From the NCBI GenBank assembly GCA_021161555.1, contig JAGHAI010000120.1:1-42500 (forward strand): 42,500 bases of DNA, read 5' to 3'. Below, piece after piece: positions 1-11,086 of this stretch. The notes under the pieces were generated by a model. That model made no database searches, had not been told where the DNA came from, and worked only from the letters and a program-made list of their open reading frames with translations. Within the stretch, counting starts at the first letter, position 1, and every line of letters begins with the position of its first letter. The stretch comes from a bacterium. Lineage in GTDB: Bacteria; UBP14; UBA6098; B30-G16. A program made the position numbers and the translations under genes.

Positions 1-1671
1 ATTCCTATAAAGGAACAATTCGGCGCTGTTAGGGTTGGATATATCGATGGTGAATATGTGATAAATCCTACAATTCAGGAACGGGAAAATGCTCAACTTG
101 ACATTGTGATTGCTGGCACTGGAACGGATATCACGATGGTGGAAGGGGGAGCATTCGAGGTTTCGGAAAAAATTCTGCTTGGCGCGTTTGAAGCCGCTAT
201 GCCCGCTCTGAAAAAGCAGATTGAAATGCAAAAGGAGCTCATTGAAAAGGCGGGAAAACAAAAGCGGGAATATGAGCCGCTTCAGGAAACAGAGGGTTTG
301 AAGGAAGCGGTATTTGAGCTGGCGCGAGACGAAATGCAAAAAGTTCTGCAAATCGCAGGAAAAATCGAGAGAAGTCATAGACGAAGGGAATTGCGGGATT
401 CTGTGGTGGAACAGTTGGCGGAAAAATTCCCCGAAGGCGAAGTTGAAATTGACCTCGCGCTGGTCGAACTGGAAAAGGAACTTATGCGCAGGAAGATTAT
501 CGAAGAAGGGACGAGAATTGATGGGAGAAACAATACGGACATTCGTGATATAAGCATTGAAGTTGGGATTTTGCCGCGTGCTCACGGTTCGGCGCTGTTC
601 ACTCGTGGAGAAACACAGGCAATTGCCGCTCTCACACTCGGAACTAAACTGGATGAGCAGAAAATAGAGGACCTTGAGGGTGAATCGTATAAGAGTTTTA
701 TTCTTCACTACAATTTTCCGCCGTTTTCCGTTGGTGAGGTCGGTTTTATGCGAGGACCGGGCAGGCGCGAAATTGGACACGGACATCTGGCGGAGCGCGC
801 ACTGACGCCGGTTATTCCGGTGGAGAGCGCTTTTCCATATACTATTCGCATAGTCGCAGATATTCTCGAGTCAAATGGTTCTTCTTCAATGGCGACGGTT
901 TGTGCGAGCAGTCTTGCTCTGATGGATGCAGGTGTTCCAATAAAAGCACCCGTTGCTGGAATTGCGATGGGGCTTATAAAAGAGGACGATAAATGTGTGG
1001 TTCTATCGGATATTATGGGTGCGGAAGACCATTATGGTGATATGGATTTTAAGGTCGCAGGCACAAAAGATGGCATAACCGCTTTTCAGATGGATGTAAA
1101 AGTGCCTGGCGTTTCATTTGATATTCTTGCTCAGGCGCTCGAGCAGGCTAAACAGGGGCGAGAGTTTATTCTTCAAAAGATGGGTGAAGTTCTTCCTGAA
1201 TCGCGGGTGGAACTTTCACCGCACGCACCGAGAATAACGATTATGCAGATAAATCCCGGCAAGATTGGCGAAGTGATTGGCGGCGGCGGAAAGATTATTC
1301 GTGCAATTCAGGAACAGACAGGAACGACCATCGCAATTGAAGATGATGGAAGTGTATTTATCTCCGCGCATTCGAAGGAAGATATGCAGTCTGCGATAAA
1401 GATGATTGAGGATATAGTTATGGAACCCGAAGTTGGGCAGATTTTCGAGGGAACTGTTAGCCGCATCGCACCGTTCGGCGCATTTGTCAAAATCACGCCG
1501 TCCGTCGAGGGATTATTGCACATATCTGAAATCGAGAACAGAAGGATAGATAAGGTCGAAGATGTCTTAAAAGTCGGCGACAAAGTGCGGGTGAAGGTCA
1601 TCGGCGTGGACCCGGAGAGCGGAAAGATAAGGCTTTCGAGAAAGGCATTGATGCATCGGGGAAAACGATAA
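1..1671 (+). CDS. pnp: Polynucleotide phosphorylase (PNPase), 5'-truncated by the window edge
   Basis: Frame 1 is open from nt 1 (IPIKEQFGAVRVGYIDGEYVINPT...). It shows a second RNase PH domain (GRREIGHGHLAERAL), a KH domain (GKIGEVIGGGGKIIRAIQEQTG) and a C-terminal S1 domain (GQIFEGTVSRIAPFGAFVKI). Confidence 0.95.
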   Translation: MPIKEQFGAVRVGYIDGEYVINPTIQERENAQLDIVIAGTGTDITMVEGGAFEVSEKILLGAFEAAMPALKKQIEMQKELIEKAGKQKREYEPLQETEGLKEAVFELARDEMQKVLQIAGKIERSHRRRELRDSVVEQLAEKFPEGEVEIDLALVELEKELMRRKIIEEGTRIDGRNNTDIRDISIEVGILPRAHGSALFTRGETQAIAALTLGTKLDEQKIEDLEGESYKSFILHYNFPPFSVGEVGFMRGPGRREIGHGHLAERALTPVIPVESAFPYTIRIVADILESNGSSSMATVCASSLALMDAGVPIKAPVAGIAMGLIKEDDKCVVLSDIMGAEDHYGDMDFKVAGTKDGITAFQMDVKVPGVSFDILAQALEQAKQGREFILQKMGEVLPESRVELSPHAPRITIMQINPGKIGEVIGGGGKIIRAIQEQTGTTIAIEDDGSVFISAHSKEDMQSAIKMIEDIVMEPEVGQIFEGTVSRIAPFGAFVKITPSVEGLLHISEIENRRIDKVEDVLKVGDKVRVKVIGVDPESGKIRLSRKALMHRGKR

Positions 1672-1714
1672 TGTCTTTTTTTATTATCGATGTGAAAAAA
1701 ATGGAGGTTTAACG

Positions 1715-2029
1715 ATGTATGCAATAGTGGAAATATCGGGTATGCAGTTTAAGGTTCAGGCAGGGGAAAAGGTCGTTGTTCCATATATGGAAAAGTTTTC
1801 TCCTGGTGATGAATTGACATTTGATAGGGTTCTTCTCGTAAGCGATGGCGATGATGTCAGGGTGGGCAAGCCTGTCGTGGAAGGAGCATCCGTTAAAGCA
1901 AAATTGGTGGAACACGATAAAGGACCAAAACTTATCGTGTTCAAAAAGAGGAGACGAAAAGCGTCGCAGACCAAGAGAGGACACAGGGAAAAGTATTCAA
2001 TTGTTGAAATCGACAGTATTTCCCTTTGA
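1715..2029 (+). CDS. rplU: 50S ribosomal protein L21
   Basis: 104 aa. MYAIVEISGMQFKVQAGEKVVVP... is the typical L21 N-terminus. GGAGG SD lies 6-7 nt upstream. Confidence 0.95.
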   Translation: MYAIVEISGMQFKVQAGEKVVVPYMEKFSPGDELTFDRVLLVSDGDDVRVGKPVVEGASVKAKLVEHDKGPKLIVFKKRRRKASQTKRGHREKYSIVEIDSISL

Positions 2030-2080
2030 TTTTTGGGATTGTTCATCGAAATATCAATGTGAGAGTTATTATATTGATGT

Positions 2081-2127
2081 GCTGAAATTTTCGATTTATC
2101 AAAGTCGAATATTTCAGCATTTTTTTT
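2081..2127 (+). terminator. Rho-independent terminator downstream of rplU
   Basis: 14-bp stem with one mismatch (gctgaaattttcga / tcgaatatttcagc) and a 10-nt loop, followed immediately by attttttttaaatttt. Confidence 0.6.
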
Positions 2128-2252
2128 AAATTTTAGTCGGGAATTTGCGTTGAACACGGGATTGTTCCTGTGGCTAAAATTTATGTTTGAAAAAAGGGGA
2201 TGTTCTTTTAAATTTAGCGACTAAATTTGACTACGAATTATTTCAGGTTCTT

Positions 2253-3026
2253 ATGAAGAGAAAGAACGACAGAATTCTTGTTGTCGATATAGGCAATCGC
2301 TTTGTTAAGATATACATTGTCGTTGGGGATGAACTGGCTGGCAGATGGATTTTCGGACGCGAAAGAGCAAATTGGGATTATAAATTGGCAGAAATTGCCG
2401 GAAGGTCAGGTTGTGAATCGGGTGTGATTGTTTCTGTTGTTCCTGTGGATACTAAAAAGGCGATTTCGTCTTTTAAGCAGGCTGGCGTTGAATATCTTGT
2501 CGTCGGGGGAGAAATGGCACTGCCGATTTCTCTCAATTATGCTTCACCAAAGTATCTCGGTGCGGATAGAATTGCAGATGCCGTGGGTGCTGTGGAATTC
2601 TGGGGTGAACGGTCATCGCAAATTATAATTGTCGATGTGGGAACCGCAATTACTGTGGATTTGGTGAGAGGAAAGGAATTTTTAGGCGGTGTGATAATGC
2701 CAGGAATCGATATGATGAAGGATGCCCTCCATCAGAAAGCTGCTCAACTGCCGCAGACGAAAAAGGAAGTTGCGCTTAACTTCCCGGGCAGAGGAACTGA
2801 ACAATGTATAGTTGCCGGGTCTATTTCCGCTTCTGTTGGCGGAATTATGTTTGCGCGGGAGAGATTTTTAAAAAATCCCGATGATGCACTTCTATTGCTC
2901 ACCGGTGGCGATTGTGAAAAGGTATCGAAATTTTTAAAACTGCCACACGAATTAGACCCTTTGCTTCTCGTCCGCGGGGCGATTGCCATCTATGATTTCA
3001 CAGTTAAAAATGGAGCGAAGAGATGA
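2253..3026 (+). CDS. coaX: Type III pantothenate kinase
   Basis: Motifs ILVVDIGNRFVKIY, IIIVDVGTAITVD and GGVIMPGIDMMKDALHQKAAQLP fit the CoaX/ASKHA pattern. The ORF track starts at a TTG at 2187, but the ATG at 2253 gives the usual short N-terminus before DIGN. Confidence 0.85.
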   Translation: MKRKNDRILVVDIGNRFVKIYIVVGDELAGRWIFGRERANWDYKLAEIAGRSGCESGVIVSVVPVDTKKAISSFKQAGVEYLVVGGEMALPISLNYASPKYLGADRIADAVGAVEFWGERSSQIIIVDVGTAITVDLVRGKEFLGGVIMPGIDMMKDALHQKAAQLPQTKKEVALNFPGRGTEQCIVAGSISASVGGIMFARERFLKNPDDALLLLTGGDCEKVSKFLKLPHELDPLLLVRGAIAIYDFTVKNGAKR

Positions 3027-4219
3027 AAAACCCACCTGCATTACTTGAATATGTCGGCGTTATTCACATACACACAACCGATTCCGATGGAACAAAAAGC
3101 CACGAGAAAATCATATCCATAGCGCAGAAATATCACATCGATTTTCTTATGTTCGCCGACCATATGACATTGAAGAGCAAGGATAAAGAGGGATGGCACG
3201 ACAGAACGCTGGTCATTATCGGGTATGAACACGAAGATGCTCGCGAATGGAACCACTATCTCGTCTTTGGTCTCGACGAACCGCTGCCGAAGGATTTATC
3301 TCCAAAACAGTATGTTCGTAAAGTGCGGCGTGCTGGCGGCATCGGCATCATCGCTCATCCCGATGAAAAGCGCGATTTTCCAGAACATCCGCCTCTGCCC
3401 TGGACGGAATGGTCAACCGATGAGTTCGATGGAATTGAGATATGGAATCATATGTCCGCCTGGCTGGAAGGAATTGCCGCCGGAAACAAATTAAAGTATT
3501 TATTAAATCCTCGTGCGCTTTTGATTTCTCCTCCCAAAGAAACTCTCAAGAGATGGGATAAACTTGCCCGCAGGCGAAAAATAGTCGGCATCGCTTCCGC
3601 TGATGCACACGGATACCGTCAGAAGATATTTGGTCCGATATGGCGAACGATATTTCCATATCGCGTCGAACTGCGCTCGTTGAGAACGCACATCCTGACG
3701 AAAGAACCTCTATCAAAGGATTTCGATGAGGCTAAAAAACAGGTATTTTCGGCTTTAAGGCATTGCAGTGTCTTCATGTCGAACTATCGCTGGGGAGATG
3801 CTACGGGATTTCGTTTCTGGGCGCAGACATCGAATAGTATTGCCGGTATAGGCGAAAAAATCCCACTTCACAGACGCCTGCGCTTCTTCGTAAAATCTCC
3901 CGGCGATGCGAAGATAAGGCTCATCAGAAATGGCGAATTTTTCGCCGAAGTGGATGGAGAGGAAGCGATATTCGCCCCTACAAAACCAGGCGTCTATCGT
4001 GTAGAATTGTATCGCAATGGAAAGGGCTGGATTTTTTCAAATCACATCACTGTTGTGGAAACGGCTTTTAGAGGTAAGGGTAATTTGTCCGGCAAAAATA
4101 AAAATACTGCATCGGGTTATAGAAAATCTTCGGGCAGAAATAAGAGAAGTGGGGCGAGAAATCACCGAAGCAGTTCAGGAACAGGACGAAGAGATGTTAA
4201 ACGAAGAAAAGATAAATAG
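3023..4219 (+). CDS. PHP-domain metallophosphoesterase (CehA/McbA-like) with an Arg/Lys/Ser-rich tail
   Basis: N-terminal IHIHTTDSDGT plus later His/Asp motifs (FADHM, IAHPDE, SADAHG). ATGA start/stop overlap with coaX. The last ~50 aa are low-complexity and basic, and they overlap the next ORF's frame. Confidence 0.7.
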   Translation: MKNPPALLEYVGVIHIHTTDSDGTKSHEKIISIAQKYHIDFLMFADHMTLKSKDKEGWHDRTLVIIGYEHEDAREWNHYLVFGLDEPLPKDLSPKQYVRKVRRAGGIGIIAHPDEKRDFPEHPPLPWTEWSTDEFDGIEIWNHMSAWLEGIAAGNKLKYLLNPRALLISPPKETLKRWDKLARRRKIVGIASADAHGYRQKIFGPIWRTIFPYRVELRSLRTHILTKEPLSKDFDEAKKQVFSALRHCSVFMSNYRWGDATGFRFWAQTSNSIAGIGEKIPLHRRLRFFVKSPGDAKIRLIRNGEFFAEVDGEEAIFAPTKPGVYRVELYRNGKGWIFSNHITVVETAFRGKGNLSGKNKNTASGYRKSSGRNKRSGARNHRSSSGTGRRDVKRRKDK

Positions 4220-5021
4220 TCTTAAAAAATCCGATTGCCACATTCATCCCGATTTTTCCATAGATGCAAAGTCATCTGCGGAAGAATATGTGAAGCGTGC
4301 GCTTGAAATCGGTCTTGAAAGAATTTGTTTCACCACGCACATCGACCTCGACCCGCACAGGGCAGCAGCAGATTTATACATAAACATAGATGGCAACTGG
4401 CAAATACCCGATGAAAATGCGGTCAGAACATATTTTTTCAGAATTGATAACTTGCGCGGAAAATATGGCGATGAAATAGAAATCATTGCAGGATTTGAAT
4501 TTTCGTTTGAACCTCATTTTGCAGATAAGGTCGGGGAATTTATCACAAATTTCAAGCCGGAATTCACAATTGGTTCTGTCCACGCGGTGGAAATGCTTGA
4601 GATAACATCGCGATATTTTGTTCCCGCCGCTGTCCGCAATTTCCATCCGAAGAAGTTTATCAAGAAATACTATGATATTGTCGTTGAAATTGCCCAAAGC
4701 GGAATGTTTTCGGTAATTGGGCACATAGATGGCTATAAGAAATATCTTTCGCGCTGGTGGGGGCTTTCATTCTGCGAGGGCATTGAGGGGGAAGTTATCG
4801 ATGAAGTCGCGCCGAAAATTGCCGATGCTGGCGCTCGCTTTGAGGTGAACACATCGGGCTGGCGCAAGGGACTTTGTGCACCTTATCCGTCTGCAACGGT
4901 GATTAAATCCCTTGTCGCAGCGGGGGTGGAAGTTGGCTCAATCGGTTCAGATGCTCATTCGGTGGAAGATATCGGATATCGGATTACTGACGCGGCGAAC
5001 TATATAATAGGCGCCATTTAA
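4194..5021 (+). CDS. HisJ-family PHP phosphatase (histidinol-phosphatase-like)
   Basis: Motifs DCHIHPDFSIDA, CFTTHIDLD, GSVHAV, IGHIDG and GSDAHS match the PHP/HisJ metal-ligand pattern. A start at ATG 4194 gives ~275 aa, the normal family length. The longest ORF starts at 4017. Confidence 0.7.
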   Translation: MLNEEKINSLKKSDCHIHPDFSIDAKSSAEEYVKRALEIGLERICFTTHIDLDPHRAAADLYINIDGNWQIPDENAVRTYFFRIDNLRGKYGDEIEIIAGFEFSFEPHFADKVGEFITNFKPEFTIGSVHAVEMLEITSRYFVPAAVRNFHPKKFIKKYYDIVVEIAQSGMFSVIGHIDGYKKYLSRWWGLSFCEGIEGEVIDEVAPKIADAGARFEVNTSGWRKGLCAPYPSATVIKSLVAAGVEVGSIGSDAHSVEDIGYRITDAANYIIGAI

Positions 5022-5102
5022 AATATTTCGAGTTCTCCTAAATTGACAGAATGTGGGGCATATTTCTGCTCAAAAAAATGGTCTGGCGAAACCGCAGAAA
5101 AC

Positions 5103-5516
5103 TCAATCGCCAATAATTTTAATTATCACTCTCTTCCTTCTCTGCCCATCGAATTCGGCATAGAAAATCTGCTGCCAGGGACCTAAATCAAGTTTTCCAT
5201 CCGTTACAGGAAGTATTATCTGGTGGTGTATCAATAATGATTTGAGATGTGCATCTCCGTTATCTTCGCCAGTTAGATGGTGGCGGTAGTCCTGTCGGTA
5301 TGGCGCAAGACTTTCGAGCCATTCCCAGATGTCGCTCTTCAATCCATCCTCTTCATCGTTTACGAAGACGCCTGCGGTGATGTGCATCGCCGATACTAAA
5401 CAAAATCCTTCCGATATTCCCGAAGAATGAACGATGTGTTCTATCGTATCGGTTATGTTCACAAGTTCACGGCGTTTTTGCGTGTTGAACCAGAGATATT
5501 CGGTGTGGCTTTTCAT
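5103..5516 (-). CDS. yjbQ: YjbQ/UPF0047 family protein (secondary thiamine-phosphate synthase-like)
   Basis: [52 protein letters not shown] matches the YjbQ signature. The ATG at 5516 is preceded by AAGGAGG. The track's TTG start at 5534 is less likely. Confidence 0.85.
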   Translation of the reverse strand: MKSHTEYLWFNTQKRRELVNITDTIEHIVHSSGISEGFCLVSAMHITAGVFVNDEEDGLKSDIWEWLESLAPYRQDYRHHLTGEDNGDAHLKSLLIHHQIILPVTDGKLDLGPWQQIFYAEFDGQRRKRVIIKIIGD

Positions 5517-5530
5517 AGATGGCCTCCTTT

Positions 5531-8500
5531 TCAATCATAATCGTATTCATCCGACTGCCAGTCAAAGTGTCGTTCAACATATTCATCTATTTCCTTCGAT
5601 TTTTCATTCTGTCCTGCCCACAGCAGTATTTCGGATAAAAATTCGTATCCATCCCGCTCCATCGGGAACTTTTCCGTAAGTTTTTCCGCCCAGCGAACCG
5701 CGTTTTTGCTGTCGCCAAGTTCTCTATATGTGAGAGAAATCAGTTTCATCAGCGCAAATTTTCTGTGCGGCGGTGTGCTTTCATTCAGAATCTTTGATTT
5801 TGTTGTGTTGATGGTATTTTCTGCGGCATTCGACTGTGCGGAAATTTTAGCCCAGCGCTCAATTGCTTCGTCGGATGCGTAGGTATCATATCTCTGAAAA
5901 GCCGCTTTTTTCAGCAATTGCATTCCCTTCGTCTTCTGTCCATTTTTGATAAGCGCAATTGCATAGTATAACCATATCTCGGGCGAACCGCCCCACAGTT
6001 TATATGCAGTTTCGCCAATTCTTTGCGCAACTGAATAGCGCCGATTTTCTACGAGAATTTTTATCACATCGCGGAATGTTTCCTCATCGGTGTTATGCTC
6101 AATCTGTGCAATAGCGATGTCATCCCCCGATAGAGTATCTCCGCCAGCGTAGTATAGTTTTGCCAGTTGAAGCATTGCTCCCGCAGACAAAAAAGATGAC
6201 TTTTCAAGAAATTTCGCCGCCTCGAGTGGCTTTTTCAATCTTATAAGAGCATCCACATATATTTCCACAATTTCATCGTCAAAATCGTCCTTATTCAGCA
6301 TCGACTTTACTATTTTAAGTGCTCTTTCGGGGTTCGTGCATAATGTATATTTAGCGAGAAGTTTTTTGTATTCTTTTTTGTCCCAATCATTTTTTGCTGC
6401 CGCTTCGAGACGACGGTATTTCTCTTCAAGAAAGTCCCACATTTCGTTCATCGCGAAGAAATCGTCTTCGTCCTCCTCATCCCAGTAATAGTAATAGTCC
6501 TGCTGCATATTTTTTATTGTATATGCCAGCCTTTTTTCAAAGAGTTGTTTCGCTTCGCTCCTGCGCCCGATTTCAACAAGCATTTTAATTCTCCACAGTG
6601 CAGGGTTTTCTCTGTCCTCGACTGTGGTCTTCATAAGATTGTCTATCGCTGCGGTTGTGTCCCCTTCCTCTAAAAATATTTTCGCAATTGCCCGTTGAAA
6701 TCTCGCATCGGGGTATTTTTTCAGTTTTTCAGCGGTGATGGCAAATTTCTTTGCGTTTTCAAAGTCTCCCACTGCGAGAAAGGATTTTGCCACAGTGAGA
6801 TACAGATATGGATTTTGCGGACTTATTTCTGGCGCAGATTTCAACATTCTTTTCGAACAGTTTTTTTCGCCGGTTTTCCACCGTGCCACTGCGCAGTTTG
6901 TCAGTTCATCAATCTGGATTTGCCGTGAATTGACGATTGAATTTAAGTTGTTTGTCCTGCAAATTTCGGCGAGCGCTTCGTATTCTCCCGCCTGTGCAAG
7001 AACTTTTATCGCTTTCTCCGGCTCGTTTTCCTCAAGCATCTTCGTATAGTTTACGACATCTCCGCCATAGCGGTAGAGTTTTATGAGCAATTCCTGTGCG
7101 TGTGTGCTCGTCTGTGCTTTGCTCCTGACATCTTCGAGTGCATCTTCTATGTAGTGCCATTGCGAAAGCAGGCGGGCAGTTTTTTCTATATACTGGTCCT
7201 TTTGCCAGTATAAGTTCTTCTGTATCGCAGCAGAAAGCCCTGCGGATAGATAGTTCACCGCTTCCTGCGGGTTTTCTTCCAGTTCATATATTTTTGAGTA
7301 GTGCATATAAATCAGCAGGTCGTTATGCTGCGCATAATTTTTCCCCTCTTCGAGATATTTTCGAGCGTAATCGAAAAGTCCACGCTGCATAAGTTTTTGC
7401 GATACATCATAAAAAGTATATGCCGAACGGTAGTGTTCTCTCGTCGGTCGGGCGATTATGCGAACTGCGCTGTCAATTTTTCCCGTTGCGAGGTAGAAGT
7501 TGACAAAAATTTCGTCGTTTGCCGCATCGAGTTTTCTCAAATTTTTAAGCGAATATTCTGCATCTTCAAAATCGGATGTGGCAAAATCAAGCCCGAAGCG
7601 AGTTCGCCATAGTGATGCCATCTGCGGCTCGTTATCGCACGCCTTTTTCAGATATCTTTTTGCTGATTCCGCATCGTGTTCCCATCTGAAAAGATGATAT
7701 AGAACCATATCCCAGCGATAGTTCTTCTGCGCATCCCTTTCCACATCCCGATAGTATTTTATAAGTTTCTGAGTGAGATTTTTCTTCCGTGCAAATAGCC
7801 ACACATCCCGCAGAATGTTTACATCCGTCGGATATTTGTTCAGCAGCCTTTCGTATGCGGCAAGAGCGGAATTTGGCTCGTCGTCGAAATATGTTTCCGC
7901 GAGGGTTTTCCTGAGTGTTTTTATTGCAAAATTGTAATTTTTCCCCCCGGATTTTGCGAGATTTTTAAAAATTTCGATTTTTTCCTTCAGCAGTTCTCTT
8001 GCCTTTTTATTTTTGCCGAGTTTCGTCAGCGACAGCGCTAAATTTGAGATTGCATAGACATCTTCGGGCTTGCGCTCGACGATTTTTGAAAAAACCTTTT
8101 CCGCGGCGGAATATTTTTCATTTCTCAGGAGAAAACTGCCGGCGGATGACAGGTAATTTTCGTCGCGTTCGACAATTTTTCGCCAGATGTCTTCTGCCTG
8201 CGAAATGTCGCCATCTTCTTCCGACATTTCCGCCGCAGAAATCAGATATTGAATGTCCTTCGATATGTCGAATGCCCGTTCGTATGCTTTGACTGCGATT
8301 TTATCCTGACCGAGTTCCTCGCTCAATTGAGCCACCGTTTCGAGAACATCTTTGTCCCTGCCATTTTTAGCCAGTTCCGATAGTTTTCCAATCACCGTTG
8401 AAGTGTCCCCATATTCTGTGAATTTTTCCACAAAAATTTCCAGAACCATCGGCGACGAGAGTGCTGGCGTGATTGCCCGCTCAAATTTTTTCCTGTATTT

Positions 8501-10924
8501 TCTGGGATTTTTTGTATGCTTGAACAATTTTTCAATGAAGTCGGATATTCTGTCGGCGTCCCATCTATCCGCTGTTTCGAGGGCGATGAGGTATTGAGTT
8601 AATGCATCGTCATATCGCTCCTGCCAGTCGTATAGTGCGCCCAGTTCCTTCGCAAAGAGTTTTTCGTCGCCGAAGTATTTTCTGGCATCTTTTAAAATCT
8701 TTTCGCCTTTGTCGTATCGCAGGTAGTCCCAGTGAACCGCGGCAAGGTCGCCCCAGAAATCTCTATCCAGCGGATTATCATATATTTTCAGCGACCATAT
8801 TGAATCGGCGGGATGACCGCTCTGCTCACAGATGTCGCCGAGACGGGTCAGCCATTCGTCCCTATCGGGGTGTGTCGTTATCAGATACGAAAAATTTTCT
8901 ATAGCCGTTGCAGTGTCGCCAAGAGAACGGGACAATTCCGCAATGCGCAGACGGAGATATGTCCAATCGGGACGGAGTTTTTGCAGTTTTTTATATACTG
9001 GCAGTGCATCCTCAAAGCGGGATGCCCAGTATTGTGTTTCCGCAAAACGCAGCAGGATACTGAAACTATCACCTGTTGCCGATGAATTGCGAGGCGCATC
9101 GGCATAGTCCAGCAGGGTGTTGTTCTTCGTCGCCCTGCGGAGAAATATGTGAAGATATTTAGTTTGATACGGATATTTTTCCGCCAGAGCGATAAGTTTG
9201 CTGGTGAGTGCGCAATCTTCAAGATAGTATGCCCAAAAATCCCAGTATGGGTCGCTGTCTATGTGTTTGTAGATATAATCGCATTTTTCCAGTTTTTTGA
9301 GACGGTATAAAACCATTTTTCTCAATAGGCGAAAATTCTCCAGTGGAACTGGTTTTTCCTCATCGTATGGTTCGCCGCTCCAATATTCATCGAGCGACTC
9401 CAGAAAGGAAACGATTTTATCTTCGCTTTTGTAAATTCCGTCCAAACGCCATATAATATCGCTCAGGACATCGCCTATGTCGTCTCGATAGCCGTATTGC
9501 ATAAGAATTTGTCGTGCAACATCTTCGAAAACTCTGTCATCGTCCTTTGTCGCATCGAGCATTTTCTTTAGGACATAGAATTTATCATCCTCACCTGCAG
9601 CAGCGTATTCTTTGCGCAGAATTTCATATTGTTTTTCGTATTCCTTTCGTCGTCTGTAAAATTTTTCGAGAGCATCATAAATTCTTTTTGTTATCGTATC
9701 CTGCGGAAATTTTTCTATGATTTCGAGCAGTATTTTTTCGCCTTTGTTCTGCGCGATGAATTTATTTTCCGCTTTTTGCACCGCATCGTAGAAATTTTCC
9801 ACATCTTTTCTATCAGTCAGAACAGAGAGAGCGCCAGAAAGGAGGTCGGGTTCATTTCCGCCGAAAATTTTTATCATTTTATATTCGATGCCGATTTTGT
9901 CGCAGTGCAGCAGAGAAATTCCTGCGGTCGCCCGAGCCAGCAGTTTTTCACTTTCCGTATTTGCCTGCGAATATGCAATTGCGCTGACCTGATAGGCAAA
10001 TTCTGGAAAATTCTTGTCGAGCAAATATTCTGCGAGCGATATTTTCTTATAGAAATTATCGCAGAATTTGAGAAGTGTGTTCACTGCGGTTATGCTTTCG
10101 TATCTGCGCGAGAGCAGTTCCATACCCGAAAGCAGAGCATCGATGGAATGCGCCTTCGATTTTTTCGCGCATTTAATAATTTCCGCACTATCGATATCTG
10201 CGTATTTTTTGTGAGCGGCGTTTTCAATTTCAGAGCAGAAGGGTTCAATTTGCGCTATTTTCATCAGCAACTTTTCCCTGCGGGTTTCGTCGTCTTCCAG
10301 CAGAAGCAATTCTTTCGGAATGCGCACATCTTCCGGAAATTTATTATGCAATTCCGTCAGAATTTGAATGGCTATTTCCTTTCGATTAAGAATATTTGTG
10401 AAGATTTCTGTATATTCAAACCAATTGTGCGTCAGGGTGTCGGTTTTTTCTGCGCCTTCTACAAAAATTTTCCCCGCTTTTTCCACATCGCCGAGACGAA
10501 GAAGGACATTTCCCCATCGGCAGTATGCTTCCCATCTGCGATTTGTCAGCAGTTTTGATGCACGGCGATACATTTCGATTGCCCGTTCTGGCGCTCTGCG
10601 GTATCGTTCAAAGTATTCACCAACGGCGATGAGCAGTGCGGCATCGCAGGGGAATTTTTCCACAGCGGAGAGGAATGTGCTATCTGCTGAATGGAAATCG
10701 CCTATTTTTGCATATAGGACGGCAAGCGTAAAAATATCCGTGCTTTTGCCACCTGCGGATTTTTCCTTCAGGCGGGATAATTCTTCATAAGGATGAAGTG
10801 AAGCGTTGAACGAAAAATCAAGCGCATATTTCTCACCACTCGTCCCCCTGTGTGGTTTCCCGCAGTTCTGGATTATTAAGAGTGTCGATAAAATTATGAG
10901 CAAAAAAATCTTTTTTGACGGCAT
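5531..10924 (-). CDS. Giant (1797 aa) TPR-repeat lipoprotein, function unknown
   Basis: Signal peptide with lipobox (LLIIQNCGK). Tetratricopeptide-like helical repeats (A/Y/L periodicity) run throughout, with an acidic patch [24 protein letters not shown] lies upstream. Confidence 0.8.
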   Translation of the reverse strand: MPSKKIFLLIILSTLLIIQNCGKPHRGTSGEKYALDFSFNASLHPYEELSRLKEKSAGGKSTDIFTLAVLYAKIGDFHSADSTFLSAVEKFPCDAALLIAVGEYFERYRRAPERAIEMYRRASKLLTNRRWEAYCRWGNVLLRLGDVEKAGKIFVEGAEKTDTLTHNWFEYTEIFTNILNRKEIAIQILTELHNKFPEDVRIPKELLLLEDDETRREKLLMKIAQIEPFCSEIENAAHKKYADIDSAEIIKCAKKSKAHSIDALLSGMELLSRRYESITAVNTLLKFCDNFYKKISLAEYLLDKNFPEFAYQVSAIAYSQANTESEKLLARATAGISLLHCDKIGIEYKMIKIFGGNEPDLLSGALSVLTDRKDVENFYDAVQKAENKFIAQNKGEKILLEIIEKFPQDTITKRIYDALEKFYRRRKEYEKQYEILRKEYAAAGEDDKFYVLKKMLDATKDDDRVFEDVARQILMQYGYRDDIGDVLSDIIWRLDGIYKSEDKIVSFLESLDEYWSGEPYDEEKPVPLENFRLLRKMVLYRLKKLEKCDYIYKHIDSDPYWDFWAYYLEDCALTSKLIALAEKYPYQTKYLHIFLRRATKNNTLLDYADAPRNSSATGDSFSILLRFAETQYWASRFEDALPVYKKLQKLRPDWTYLRLRIAELSRSLGDTATAIENFSYLITTHPDRDEWLTRLGDICEQSGHPADSIWSLKIYDNPLDRDFWGDLAAVHWDYLRYDKGEKILKDARKYFGDEKLFAKELGALYDWQERYDDALTQYLIALETADRWDADRISDFIEKLFKHTKNPRKYRKKFERAITPALSSPMVLEIFVEKFTEYGDTSTVIGKLSELAKNGRDKDVLETVAQLSEELGQDKIAVKAYERAFDISKDIQYLISAAEMSEEDGDISQAEDIWRKIVERDENYLSSAGSFLLRNEKYSAAEKVFSKIVERKPEDVYAISNLALSLTKLGKNKKARELLKEKIEIFKNLAKSGGKNYNFAIKTLRKTLAETYFDDEPNSALAAYERLLNKYPTDVNILRDVWLFARKKNLTQKLIKYYRDVERDAQKNYRWDMVLYHLFRWEHDAESAKRYLKKACDNEPQMASLWRTRFGLDFATSDFEDAEYSLKNLRKLDAANDEIFVNFYLATGKIDSAVRIIARPTREHYRSAYTFYDVSQKLMQRGLFDYARKYLEEGKNYAQHNDLLIYMHYSKIYELEENPQEAVNYLSAGLSAAIQKNLYWQKDQYIEKTARLLSQWHYIEDALEDVRSKAQTSTHAQELLIKLYRYGGDVVNYTKMLEENEPEKAIKVLAQAGEYEALAEICRTNNLNSIVNSRQIQIDELTNCAVARWKTGEKNCSKRMLKSAPEISPQNPYLYLTVAKSFLAVGDFENAKKFAITAEKLKKYPDARFQRAIAKIFLEEGDTTAAIDNLMKTTVEDRENPALWRIKMLVEIGRRSEAKQLFEKRLAYTIKNMQQDYYYYWDEEDEDDFFAMNEMWDFLEEKYRRLEAAAKNDWDKKEYKKLLAKYTLCTNPERALKIVKSMLNKDDFDDEIVEIYVDALIRLKKPLEAAKFLEKSSFLSAGAMLQLAKLYYAGGDTLSGDDIAIAQIEHNTDEETFRDVIKILVENRRYSVAQRIGETAYKLWGGSPEIWLYYAIALIKNGQKTKGMQLLKKAAFQRYDTYASDEAIERWAKISAQSNAAENTINTTKSKILNESTPPHRKFALMKLISLTYRELGDSKNAVRWAEKLTEKFPMERDGYEFLSEILLWAGQNEKSKEIDEYVERHFDWQSDEYDYD

Positions 10925-11086
10925 AAATCCTCCAGATTTTCATTTATAATAAATAAAAGAGCAATTTTAATATATAAAAACTAAAATTTTTGCACCTGTA
11001 TAAAAACTTATTGCCAGAATGGATGGAATGGTTTTATTGTAAAATTCGAGATTTCATATTGATGGAATAACTTAAGGAGGATTAAG

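Noticed and set aside
1666-1689. A small hairpin (cgataat / attatcg) with a T-rich loop between pnp and rplU, considered as a possible terminator or attenuator.
   Set aside because: The stem is only 7 bp and all A/T-rich, the T-run sits in the loop instead of following the stem, and the rplU SD follows immediately. This is not convincing.
2187-2252. A TTG-initiated N-terminal extension of coaX (MKKGDVLLNLATKFDYELFQVL).
   Set aside because: There is no SD. The extension overlaps a palindromic, probably regulatory site. CoaX proteins normally begin a few residues before the DxGN motif, so the ATG at 2253 is preferred.
10925-11086. A possible glycine riboswitch upstream of gcvH.
   Set aside because: I looked for the conserved glycine-aptamer core (GGAGAG...CACCG...ACCGAAGGGGCAA-like elements) and found none. 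The region is simply AT-rich promoter DNA shared with the divergent TPR gene.
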